DNA of 64,000 bases, filler included, from Porpidia crustulata (taxonomy: Eukaryota): assembly GCA_964255105.1 (NCBI GenBank). It is 3 parts of 3 records of this genome, joined end to end, with 100 filler letters (N's around TTAATTAATTAA, not from the genome) between each part and the next. Parts side by side here need not be neighbours in the genome. Positions count along the whole stretch, not along the records: positions 1 to 22,841 come from CAXUWE010000081.1; positions 22,942 to 45,743 come from CAXUWE010000082.1; 1 more part is not named here. The stretch is one strand, 5' to 3'. Shown in pieces: positions 12,106-24,125 of the stretch. Numbering within the stretch: the stretch's first letter is position 1; the number at the start of each line of letters is the position of its first letter. The position numbers and the translations under genes were made by a program. Below the pieces are notes generated by a model. It saw only the letters and a list, made by a program, of their open reading frames with translations, was not told the origin of the DNA and searched no databases.

Positions 12106-15100
12106 ATGCTTGTCAGACTTGGAACCAGCGAGACCGACTCTTCCATTGAGGATCAAGCTTCTGGGTCTTCGGATTGGGAGATAGAAATAGCAATTGGCGA
12201 AAAGGTATCGAGAGCAAGACTGAGCGACCCTTTCGCGGACTCCACAGCATTCGGAAAAGAACCAGAAAAAGCTGTCAAATGGTATCTCGAAAAGTACGTC
12301 ACCGAACCGTTCGAGACAACCAAGGCCCACTTTGCTGCAGAGGCGCTCTCAGCTTATGGACGCGACTTGGCCGCGCAGATCGTGCGAAGCGGTCTACTAC
12401 CAACATATGGCAACATTGAGCTAGAAATAAAAGCCAGTGATCGTCCTAGAAGTCCTGGTACAGAAGAAACACTGCCAGACCGTGGGAGGCGCGACTTGCA
12501 ACGATTGCATTGGGAAGTGCTAGAAGATATCAGAGTATGGCCTCCTGGCTACAACTTCGAGAGCGTCAGCATCTTTCGATCAGTATGCCGGGAAATTAGA
12601 GCAGTCTCTAGCAGCGGTAAATCTGGTGAAGGAGGAAAATTCAAGATCCTTCTCGTCGTATCCCGCCCCGGTCAAGACACTGATCTGGAATATCAACTTG
12701 TCTCAAGGTGTCTTGTGGCTATCGCTGGGCGTGTGTCGCAGACAATTCCGGCCAGAAATGCAACATTGAAGGTTCTCCGACCGCCAACATGGCAAGCATT
12801 CCAGGAGCACTTGCAAGAGCATGATTATGATCTCGTACATTTGGACATGCACGGCAAATTGCTGAAAGGATCTGCCACGTATGTCCTCCTCGTGATAATC
12901 TGCTTTCCCTTCTATGCGCCATAAGCAGATAATGATATCGTGTATATGTAGGGCTGTCCTCGCATTCTGTAAACAGGATCTGCGAGATCCTTTCATGATG
13001 AAAAAGGACTTTAGAACCGGAGATGAGATCGGTAAGGAACTTGCAAAAGCCGGCGTGAAAACTGTCATACTAAACGCTTGCAATTCTGCGAGCTTTCAAA
13101 ATTATGAGCAAGGGAGCAATTTGGCTGAAGTACTCCTAAGCCATGGTGTTGAGTCAGTGCTGGCGATGGCGTACAAGGTGGTGGAAGAAGCGGTGGAAAT
13201 CTTCATGAATGTATTCTATCAGTCCCTACTCCTCAAAGGTGCGTCTGTTCAAGATGCTGCACAACTATCACGGCTGGCTCTGAGGAAGAACCGATCCAGA
13301 CGGGCGCCATACATGTACAACGTTCAACTTTCCGACTACATTGTGCCTGTGCTTTACGCTTCCCTTCCTACGCCCGACCTTTTTAAGGTATCGATTAATC
13401 TAGAGCCGAGAGGCACCATATTCTCGAATTTGGAACATGTTTTAAATTCCATCAAACCTTTCTCTCCAATCAAGAGAGAGACCAAGAATACCATGATGCC
13501 TATGCGACGCGATTTGACTGGACGGGACAGTGATGTTCTATCTCTTGAACTCTTACTCTCGATCACCCGAGTAGTTCTCCTCCATGGCCAAGGAGGCTGC
13601 GGCAAGAGTGAATTGCTCCGCTATGTCTGCCGCTGGTGGCAAATTTCCGGCTGGATCAAAGGCTCGGTCTACATTGATTTTGCTGATAAAAAAGGATACT
13701 GTCTAGATGACTTTGTAAACCAAATTGGTGACCAGCTGGGCATTGCCAGAGGGAACCAGTTGGAGAACGAAATAATAGGGAGACTAAATAGCGGTAAGTA
13801 CCTCATTGTCTTCGACAGTGCAGATGCTCTAGACACGCCGATATCGCTTGACCTGGTGTCCACGTCCACAGAGCTACCAATCCAGCTGAAGTCCTTTATC
13901 GATGCAGCCACGCGTGATGGATCAATGGTCATTGTCTCCTCGCGGCAAAATACAGTGGAAATTGCCAACATAGTATACCCACACCAAAAGCATCATCTCT
14001 CTGGGATCTCAGTCCTCGACTCTGTGGATCTCCTGTTAAATCTGGCTCTGGAGCCGAAGTCAAAGCTCCCGGAGACATTTCATCGGCGGGAGAATATTGA
14101 CTACCTGCGCCGAGTTGCCATTCTACTCGAAGGCAACCCAGGAGCCATTCAAATGATTACACCAGCATTAAAGCGGGCAAGTTATGACGGCGAGACATTA
14201 CTTAACAACCTACTCTATGGGGTGTGGGAAAGGGATGACGGCGAATGGCAATGGTGTCGGTTTGTCCGTTCAATTTACAGCGCTTCATTAGCACGATCCT
14301 TCATCGATATTGACGAAACTCTTGTAACCTTGAGCCATTTTGCAATGTTTTGGAACCTGATGCCTCAGAATCTGGACTACTACTACTGGTTCCTCTACCT
14401 ATCGTCTTCTGCATCCCACAGAGAGGGGTCGTTCGGATACTGGATCACGCAGGATTTTCAAGAATATGTCGAAAAATCCCAAACGGTTCGCACGCTACAT
14501 AGACACTGGCCCGGTATTGAGAGTAAATTACTTCGTGCCGGTTTCTTGGAACACGCTATCATCAAAATGGGTAGTGGAGAACAATGCGCTTGCTATCATG
14601 TGCATCCTATATTGACATTGATAGGTCGGTCGAGCCTCTCCGAAGATGCCTTGAAGGAGGCTAAATTTGCCTATGTTCGTCAAATGCTGCTGTGGGACAA
14701 ACCGCGCAATGACTCATTCACCAGCAGGGTTGTCGGCGCAGATTGGAACGGGGCCGAGCAGCACGAGGACTACGTGCATAATTTGCGTGCTGTAGCCATG
14801 GCTTGGTCACTGGACGGGGATGTGACTGAGGAAGTTGAGCGAATGGGCCTTAGCGTGTTCGACTGCACCTACAAGATGTCTATCAACTCGTTTTACGTGA
14901 ATCAGCGGCAACCGGTACTGTTCGTTCCTCTCATCTGGAGACATCTTCTACAAATTTATATGCTTGTAACACTCATACGTCCGAGCGGAGTACCAAGCCG
15001 TTCCGATCTGGGCGCCATTCTTTCTTACTCATATGAACTCTGCCGTACTCAAACAAACGATAGCCGCAGATTACCAATTGCCCTTAGGGCCTTGGAAGCC

Positions 15101-16453
15101 GCGGAGTGCTACAGAGTCTCTGGCCCTCCAGGAACGATATTGAGGCCCCCCAACGAATTGTCTTGGTTCCAGCTCCGCCATGTTGAGGCGAACATTGCGG
15201 AGTCCAATAGCATCATCGACCGTGCCAAGGAGCTATACGAAAGAAACCTGGCTGATGATCCCGTGTCGGGAGACAGCGTGTTGTACAATACCATCAGACG
15301 TTGGCAGCTACAAAACCTAGCCCACTGGGCCAACTGCGTAGCGCGGATTGCAGCTAAAGAAGGCGCATTTGACACAAAACAAATCCCCACTGGTCTCCGG
15401 GACTTTTGCGGCGAATTCAAGGCAGGAAATATGATCCCATTTTTGTCCAAGTTTTGGAATGAGAACGAAAAGGTTATGGAAACAATAACAGTGCGCGATC
15501 AATTCTCATTCTCCATCCAGAGAGAGAAAGAGAAAGTCGGCAAATTCGGCGCCCTCGCCAAAAGCATCCTTGACGAACCGATGGCGAATGTCTTTGCCGA
15601 TCTGGCCAAAGCACAGGGTCTACCACCAGGCAAAGTTTTCTCTGGTTTGAGTCAGATGATTGAAAAGGACAATGCGGAGTTGCGTGCCTCACTTGCTGCC
15701 ATGGAGTCTGCCCTACGCATGATGTCCGGCGACGTGAGTGGGGCAGTATCGGCGCTGAAGTTCAACGTCCAATGGGAGGCGCTCAGCTCGACTGTATCGA
15801 CGGGGTGGGAGAATCTTTCAGATATACATATGCAGATGTACGCACTTGCGGTGATGCGAAACGATAAACCAGATTACAAGAAGGGCCTCACTCATTTGAA
15901 CGAGTGGTGGAAACAACACAAGGGCATCGACGTCCCCAAGAGAGATATTTGCTTCGGACTCTTGAAATTTGCCACTTGCTATAATGGCCTTAATCGCGTC
16001 ACAGAAGCGGCTCGAGCGGTGATTAAGTGCGCTCAAGTTATCCCTAACATGACGACTGCGGACTGTGCTGACGGCGACAATGTTGCGAGGTTCTCCGAGT
16101 CGCTACATGAGCAATTCGCGTCACTCGACAGACTGGACATTTTCCAAGATCCAAAGATCATCATCTTGGTCCCGCCTATCGTATCTGAGCTGCTATGGCA
16201 AGAGAGGACCGCTATTCACCAGATCATGAAGAAAGCCAAGGAGGCTAAGAAGGCACAGGAAAGTTGTGACGAATCGTTCGATGCGTCGGCGAATTTGATG
16301 GAAGAGCTGGGGGACGCAATAAAGATTTTAAACAAGCAGGCCAAAAGAGATGGTGAAGAGAACGCGTCATTGGATGATATGGAGAAGAGAATGGGTGAGA
16401 TCAGTAAGATGAAGTTGAGAAGGAGGCACCAAGGGAATGACTGGCTTCACTGA
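12106..16453 (+). CDS. NLR-like protein: CHAT (caspase-like) protease + STAND P-loop NTPase + helical/TPR-like C-terminus (~1424 aa; exons 12106-12878, 12952-16453)
   Basis: GTATGT..TAG intron 12879-12951 fuses two ORFs in frame. CHAT motifs: LHWEVL, KILLVVSRP, LRPPTW, VHLDMHG (His), VILNACNSA (Cys), VLAMAYKV, YIVPVLY. NTPase motifs: Walker A HGQGGCGKS, Walker B LIVFDSAD, LEGNPGAI (GxP), YHVHP. Confidence 0.88.
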
Positions 16454-17619
16454 AGACTTTAGCCCAATGGTCGTGCACTTCAAGTTGAATACAGTGCTGC
16501 CTGGGGAGTTGGTGATATCAGCCCCACCGGCATTAGCTCTGCCATGTCACGTGGAAGATATGATCTCTTGCCTGGAATCAAACTCTAATATAACTCTACT
16601 GAGTCCATAAAGGGCCAATGAGTGCTCTAGAAAACTTGTAGAGACGGAAATGCCACACCGTTCAATTCTCACAATCTCATCAGCATTCGAAGAGCACGTA
16701 CGTAATGGTGTATCCTTCAAAGTCAGCACAACCAACAGCCTACCCCATAATTCGTGCCCTCTTCTGAAAACCCGGTGACAATTTATGACCAACCACCTAC
16801 ATGACCGGTAGAGAACATGTGTTCATGCAAGAGCGAAGGGCAGTGGCTCACTGACTGAAAAAAAAGGCCACTGTAGGTAAGTAAGCTCGAGTTAAACGAA
16901 CAATCCTGATAGATATTTCGAGATACGTTAGGAAATAAAGGATAAGCTGAGCCGCCCCATCGATGTCAAGGGAAGGAAAGTATACCGATCAACCAAAGCG
17001 AACTCAATATCACGCCCCACCCATCTCCAATGAATCTCTCCCCCCTACCTCGATGAGCGGGACAGAGATGGCGAATCCTCCGCACTCAGCGGGGAGCTGA
17101 GCATAAACGGAGCAACCTCCAAATCGCTCCATCCTCGTCCAATCTGCCAACCGCGAATCCGTACCGTTCTTCTCCAAGAAATCCGTATAGCATTTGGTGA
17201 TAGGCTTTTGCTTGGAGAAAGAATGAGGACGCATGGACTGCAGAAGGCGATCTGAAGCCATCGCTCGGGAGACTGGGCTGCTATTCAACTTGGTAGTTGT
17301 CTCTTCTCGTTCAACAAGTTCGTAGCAATCTCTGTGCACGATATCCAACACCGTGGAAAGAAAACAGCGATAGCACCTCTATTTTTTCTCTGCTGCTGCT
17401 GCTTGCCGAAGCCCCGAATGAAAATTGACCGGGGGACCTTTGGGGTTGTGGAGGAGGCCCGTGAACACCGCCATCAAACCCGGCCCCAGCTTCAGACATA
17501 TATATATATATTATTTACTCCCCGAACTCAGAATTGGGGATTGCCGTTCCGGGACGGGAAAGGGAGCAAGGCCGCTTTCGAGGGAGCAGGGAGCGAGCAC
17601 GGGGGAGCATTGAGGAAGC

Positions 17620-18075
17620 ATCGTCTACCACCAAGCTGTCGTTCATTGATGTACAGACCTTTGACCAGACCTCATCATCGAAGTTGTGAATTTCCTTATC
17701 CTGCAGCACGCCGGGCTTTGAAGGTGTGGCGGCTGAAGTACTTTTCAAAGCCGTTTCAAGCATAGCAACAATGAAGCTAAAGATCATCCTTAAACCTCCC
17801 TCAGCTTGAGTAGCCCAGGTCGATGACTGCAGAATGGTTTCATTATTCTTGATACTGACAAATCCGTAACGAGTACCATCACTATAAATGCCTTGAGTAA
17901 TAATGTCTGTTTTGTCTGCTCTGCGGCGATTTTCCCGAAGAATGGCAAGTTAGGCGATAAGTTGCGACTCTCCGATACTGAACTCCGATCTCTGTTTTGC
18001 TTCCACGGCAACATGTAAGGCACCATCTTCATCCTCTAAGCTATATTCCATCGCCCAATTAGCGCCACCACTAAC
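17620..18075 (-). pseudogene. Fragment of a fungal PD-(D/E)xK (restriction-endonuclease-fold)-like gene with an in-frame stop
   Basis: Minus frame reads VSGGANWAMEYSLEDEDGALHVAVEAKQRSEFSIGESQLIA*LAILRENRRRADK..TQGIYSDGTRYGFVSI..IFSFIVAMLETALKST. This matches an SGxADW..VEAK..QLxAY..SDG pattern. No 5' part was found upstream. Confidence 0.6.
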
Positions 18076-18099
18076 GAGAAATTTGCTAAACATGAGAGG

Positions 18100-18985
18100 A
18101 ACTACATACTGGGTCTGCACCTGCGTCGACTGAGACGAAATTCAACGATACCCACAAACAAAAGATACTAGTATAAAATGGCTCTCATGGAATGAGATTG
18201 CTTTAGCTACTATTGGTGAAGTGATGGGCCAGCATGAGTGAAAGACTTTGAGGAGGAATGTGAAAAATAAAGGCATTTGGAAGCATGTGGCTGTGGTAAA
18301 GGATGAACTCCCTGAAGCAATCGCTCGAAAGCGACGAATATGGGCTAGGAAGATGTTGGAAGAAAGGCCTAATCCTGAGGATTGGGAGGATGTCCTCTTT
18401 ACCGATGAATACCATTTTAGCTGGGGCCCAGAAGGCAAACTCCAGGTGATTAGGGAAGCTGGTTCTAGATATCATCACCAGATCATCCACCATCGTAAAA
18501 GACGGCCAGACAAAAATGACGTTAAGCGGTTCCACGCTTGGGCTGCTGTAGGCTACAATTTCATCTCACCATTGGTTTTTTACGATGCTGATAATACCAA
18601 CGGGAAAATGAGCCAGAAATGTTATGTGGATCAGATTCTTGAACCGGTAGTAGGCCAATGGCTAGCAGATGGTTATAACTTTACCCTGGAAGAAGATAAC
18701 GACTCTGGCCATGGTACTCAGAATGATCAGAATATTGTGGCTTAATGGAAAAAGAAAAGGGGTTGTTCTTGGTATGCGAATGTTCCTTTCAGCCCTGATT
18801 TGGCTATTATCGAAACTGCATGGTCAGTACCAAAGTAGGAGACTCGAATGCACCCTCACTATAATGATGAAGTCACAAAGAATCTGATTCTGGAAGGATG
18901 GGATAGGTGGGATTATGAAGAAATTCATTCAATGCCTAAGCGACTCCGTGACGTAGGGGAACTAGGTGGCCAGTTAACAAGATAC
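18100..18985 (+). mobile_element. Degenerate Tc1/mariner-superfamily transposase (DDE)
   Basis: WEDVLFTDEYHF, FHAWAAVGYN, KMSQKCYVDQILEP, LEEDNDSGHG, SPDLAIIETAW, IHSMPKRLRDV. In-frame stops TAA 18743-18745 and TAG 18836-18838. Terminal inverted repeats not identified; boundaries approximate. Confidence 0.88.
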
Positions 18986-19262
18986 GAAGTATGCTCCACC
19001 CAAGAATCAGACATTATCAATGTATATAAGCTTCATATTTGTAAGAATAAAGATTATCGACGATGATAGCGGAGAATCACATAGTAAATTGTATTGTAAT
19101 CCCCGCACGGCCTGCCAAGCCACTATGCATGTATTTCACGACCAACCAAGACTTCGTCATGTTCCTCGTTGTGTAAGTCGCTATATGATTCTTGTCTCTC
19201 ACCCTTCCGCAACATCAGTCTAGACACCACTAGTACCGTGCAAGTATTGATATGTAGCAGCT

Positions 19263-21696
19263 ATGGTTCCGTCTGCGTCCTTATGCAGCTACTGCGAGAA
19301 GATTAGCTTCGATGCCCTCCGAGGTCCTTCAAAAGCCGATATCGAGGACCTTGGCGATGGCGAACCTGGGGAACGTTTTATTCGCACCGCGATCGAACGT
19401 CAAGTCAAAGTCGGGCTTGGCACGCTGAACAGGATCTTGAGAGATGCTTCAAGCTGTACACTTTGTTCGCTCTTCTATCGAATCATCAAAAGGCAGGGTG
19501 CTGCTTATCAGTCCCGATCGGCTCTCAAGACGCTCGATAGCGATGATATACAGTTCCGAGCTGATCCCGACCTCTCCTACTATGCAAGGATAACACTCGC
19601 AGAAGGATCAAGCAGCCCTTCTTTTGTACTTCGTCGTTTGAACCTGACGGCGCACGCTCGACTTCCTGTAGACAATCACGATTGGAACTCTCCAGTAGCC
19701 CTTTTTGATCATGTACTCCAAGTCTGTAATCGTGGCACTCTCTCGGCTGTTCCCAACAATAACACACCAATGTCAACGGATTGGACAGGAGTAGACATGC
19801 TATTTGGGGGCCGAAAGCGATCGCCCACAATAGATCTTCAGCTTCTTCGTCGCTGGATGACGATATGCACCAATGAGCATGAGCGAAGTTGTTCGTTAAG
19901 TTCGACTCAAACGGAAAGTATTCAGTGAGTAGATGTACGCGAATATTCCAAGACCACCATTTTTCGGCTAATTTGAAATAGCTTGAAATATATTCGGCTC
20001 ATCGATCTTCTCCATAATTCAGTCCAACTATTACGAAATCCTAAACTTCCAGAGCTCAACTTTGTAGCACTAAGCTATGTCTGGGGTTCCACACAAAGGG
20101 TAAAACTCGTCAAGGCCAACGAGCTCAGTCTACAAAAACATGGGGCACTTAGTGATCATCCACTTCCAAAAACGATCGCTGACAGTATGCAATTGGCAAG
20201 CTTGCTTGGATTTCGGTATATTTGGGTCGATGCTCTCTGCATCATTCAGGATGATCCGACCGACCAAAGCTACCAAATTGGAGAAATGGCTACAATTTAT
20301 TCTTCAGCTTCTCTAACCATCCTAGCAGCATCTGGTGAGAATTCTGACGCTGGTCTACCAGGGTTCGGGCCATCATCGGTACGACAATATGAGCAAGAAG
20401 AGATTGTAGTTCAGCCACCTTCGGAAACCAATAATGGATTGTCCGTCGTGAACACCTTGAAATCATACCCTCGTCATTGGGATGAATGGTATACTCGGGG
20501 CCTGGAAGATGCTGATATCAGCAAGTGGAGCCAACGTGCGTGGACATTGCAGGAAAAGGCATTGTCCCGGCGCAGCCTGACCTTTACTGACGAGCAGGTA
20601 TTTTGGAGCTGTAAACAAGCCTATTTCTGCGAAGAGTCCTGTTTCGAAGTGCCTGGGACGATTGTGAAGCATTACTACCCCTCAGTCCACCAACTGAACA
20701 CCCAACAGCTTGAGGAAGGAAGCGCAGATCCCTGGGATCTATTTGGAGAGCTCATCAGCAATTATATGCATAGGAGTCTTACATTCGAAGGAGATGTCCT
20801 CGCTGCTTTCCAAGCCATCTTGAACGTCATGGAACAATCTACGAAGTCCGATTTTCTATGGGGACTACCGCTCTCGCGCTTTGAGCTTGCTCTGTCGTGG
20901 GACACTTTTCATGGTGTCCGTCAGCGAATAGCGCTCTCGACTCTCCCAATGACGAATCTGGAGCAGCGGGTTCGATTTCCTACCTGGTCATGGATGGGCT
21001 GGGTTGGAGACATCCATTGTAAGGTTGGTAATATTCGGCGCGAAAGGTAGGATTATCTTTCCTCTACTTATTCAGTCTCGATCTTGAATCGCTAATTGCA
21101 GAAACAGCGAGTCCCCCACTGTTGTTTGCTTCATTCACCGTAATGCGCCCCTTCGACTTGAGCATGTAGTCCCCAAAAACAAGGATAAGGATGACTCAAC
21201 CACGTCAGACCTCTGGACAGACAATGACATCCTACAACAAGAAGTCACTTATGAACATTTGGAGCAGCATCTACCCTCTCTCACCGAGGCATTCCTGTCT
21301 CGAGTTGCAGAGGGGCATTTGCTTTTCTTCTGGACATGGTCGGCGACCTTCAGTATTACCTTCAAGGATAACTACCAACCCTCACCTTCAATAACCGAGT
21401 ACGGTAGTCAGCACCGACCTACAATTCATGATCAAAACGGAGACGATGTGGGCTTCGTATGCAAGCTAGGAGGCCCCGGAGCCGCATATGGGCCACAGGC
21501 CTTTGTCGCTATTGGACGAAGGCAAGTCATTGGTCTTCCCGAAGAGCTAGCAGAGGAAGTCTGTCCGCCTGTAATTCTCTCGCTACAAATCGAGAGAGAT
21601 CAGTATGGGATCTCATCGAGGGTGAACTTGGGGGAGATTAGTTTGAAGGCATGGACGCGGGCAGAGCCAAAGAAAGTGCTTGTTGTACTTCAATGA
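19263..21696 (+). CDS. HET-domain (heterokaryon incompatibility, TOL/HET-6-like) protein (exons 19263-19924, 19982-21046, 21108-21696)
   Basis: N-terminal CxxC motifs; LLRRWMTIC; IRLID; FVALSYVWG; LPKTIADSM; YIWVDALCIIQDD; MATIYSSASLTILAA; WSQRAWTLQE; FPTWSWMGW. Two GT-AG introns restore the frame. Confidence 0.9.
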
Positions 21697-21799
21697 AATG
21701 CGTGTGAAGCAATTGCAATATCTTTATCGGACGCCGATCACGACAGCCTTGTAGATGTTAGGATAAGACTTCCTTATTACTCCCCAATCAGTCTGTCTG

Positions 21800-22760
21800 A
21801 ACGCCACCATCGATCTTCAGGGTTACCCATCCTACATCCCCCATACATCGCAATACGGGCTCTTCGCTGGCCTTCAAAGGGCTTATCTCTCACATCCCAT
21901 CAGAGAAAACATCCTCGTTCCCCTACAGATACTCATCCTACAACTCAACGGTCCCTGGCAGCTGCTCAACCCCCTCGTTCTCACCCTTCGACGCCGCAGC
22001 CTCGTAGCTGCTATCCCTTAAGCTGGTGCTTTGGCGGCCAGAAAGATCGACTACAAATCATACTTTTATAAGTCAGATTCCGCAATTTGGACCAATCATT
22101 AAAGCTCAATTGGATACTTTAGCGTCTACTCTCTGCAGCTTTTGCAGAGCGAGGATTTGCATACATATCTATTCCGCAATTCGATGTTTTACAGCAACAT
22201 TTACCGCCACAAATAGTGTTAGAACACCTATAATAACTCTTAGATACTCGCTGTCGCTTAACCGTGTTGGTTTCCGTATAGGGGTCCCAGTAATCTGGTA
22301 TTCTTAGATTGGTATTAATACCTATAAGAAGCAAGTAACTAATCCAGACCCCTGTTCCGAAGCTGTCGGTTTCGAACTACCTTAATCACGTTGCGTCTCT
22401 TCTATTATATCCTCCTATGATGGTTTATTCCGAAGCTCTTATAAATAATATCTCTCTTAATTTACTTTAAAGTCGATCCTCTTTTTTTCAATATTAGCGT
22501 TGATTTAGATTACTTAATTGACGGGTAATAATAAGATAGTGATAAGAAGGCGTAGAGGTAGTCTAATAGCTCTAAAGTCCCTTCTGTTAATAAGTAAGCG
22601 CTGCGGCTTTAATAATTAAAAGTCTGATAATGCTTACTTAATTGAAAGATACGATTTCTAACTTGCTTTAGCGTTGGCCTATCTTTCAGCGCTCCTTTTA
22701 TAGCCGTTGGTAGCTGGTCGCTTGCGCCTAAAAGCTCTTCTTTATTGACTGGCATTTCAA
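21800..22760 (-). pseudogene. AT-rich, stop-riddled relic ORF (probable RIP-like decayed repeat or gene) at contig end
   Basis: Minus frame from MPVNKEELLGASDQLP continues as protein-like text broken by many TAA/TAG stops. The core (~22030-22760) is visibly AT/TpA-rich relative to flanks. Family not recognised. Confidence 0.4.
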
Positions 22761-22841
22761 CGTGTATAGATGTAGATTGGTAGATACATAGATAGATAAA
22801 GGGTCCCACTAACCGTACACCCCCTTTGCCTACTCGTACAC

Positions 22842-22941
22842 NNNNNNNNNNNNNNNNNNNNNNNNNNNNNNNNNNNNNNNNNNNNTTAATTAATTAANNN
22901 NNNNNNNNNNNNNNNNNNNNNNNNNNNNNNNNNNNNNNNNN
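22842..22941. other. Assembly spacer (N run containing TTAATTAATTAA, stops in all frames)
   Basis: 100-nt N block with a central palindromic linker, same design as 45744-45843. Confidence 0.97.
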
Positions 22942-23892
22942 TTCGAGGACGGCGAGTTTGGTGGAACGAGCGAGGCCGGAGGAGAAGGCGATTTTGACGA
23001 GGACGGTGTTGAGGGAGTGGGTTTGCGGTTTGGGTTTGTCGGAGTCAGCGCTCGGGGGTGGGTCGTCGGAGGTTTGGGCTTTGATTCCTAGGATTATAGT
23101 GTCCCCTCTGATGCTGCTGGCCTTTTCGGTGGGGTCTTCGAGGTATTCGAGGTCTTCCTCCTCTAGCACGAGGTGTGGAGATTGTGCTGATGGTAGCAAG
23201 GTTTTTGAAACAAGATTCGAAAGTAGCTCGTCCGATACACCCCACCCCACGACCGTACCAGATGGGAATACAAAGACATCTCCGCTCGTCCGCAATTCGT
23301 CTCTATTACCTGAAGCCACATCGACTGGTACTGTTGCATGTATCATCTGTGGGAATAATTTGGTTCCATAAGGGTCCAATTGGTGGCCAGCTGCCAGGAG
23401 TAGCTGCGCGGCATGGGGTATGTCATACTGCTCCGCAGAACAAAATGCCGTAACAGTCTAGGGGTTGTCGCAAATTCATTAGCCTCATCGGCTTCTTGAG
23501 ATACCACGTGAGCCCACCTTTGTAGTTGCAGGAGCTTCGGGAGTCAATGATTTCTTTGGATCTGTCTCACCTCTTGATCTCTGCGCTTCCACCGCAACTC
23601 TTCTTAGTGAAGTTTTCTTCGTTGGCGACCTTGTAGGTTTCTTTTTCTGCCCTTGAGACTTATCTTGCTCGTTCGGGTCTCGTTGTGGGTATCGGAGAAG
23701 TGAAAGGGTAGAGAAATTGCCATGGCAGCCGGCTGAGAAGACGTTCCGGTTCCCTGAGGATAAGTTGCTCTTAGATATGGTTCCGAGAGCCTTTGCACGA
23801 CCCAAGTCCTGCAACGAAATGTATGTTCGAGGATGCTGCAAAGTGTAGAGCCGCGGTGCAGCGTGGCAGAGCCTTCCGTAATTGCCCACCAT
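22942..23892 (-). CDS. RMD1/DUF155-family protein, probably mitochondrial RMND1-like; 3' end truncated by the gap
   Basis: Presequence-like N-terminus, SLRRVAVEAQRSR, intron 23517-23458, then TVTAFCSAEQY, DVFVFPSGTVVGWG, KIAFSSGLARSTKLAVLE. Confidence 0.85.
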
Positions 23893-24125
23893 GATCTAGA
23901 CAGATCTTATCATGAACTAAATACCATGATGAATGGTAGAGGTGCCAGTGAAGTTGATTGTTTCTTGTTGTAAGTAATATAGGGAAGTAAATTGTAGAGA
24001 GCAATTTCGCCAGATCAAATAAGACCTCGGCGCGGAACTTCGTCATTGCACGCTAAGCCTCCGCACTCTCCGCTTCTAATGTGCGGTTCCGCGCACAAGC
24101 CAGGAACGTCTGTTACAATTCTCGA

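Noticed and set aside
17010..17351. 113-aa minus ORF between the NLR and the nuclease-like fragment
   Set aside because: No ATG-supported model or recognisable motif; possibly a gene fragment but unsupported.
22886..22897. Palindrome TTAATTAATTAA inside N runs
   Set aside because: Artificial all-frame stop linker, repeated at the second gap; not biological.
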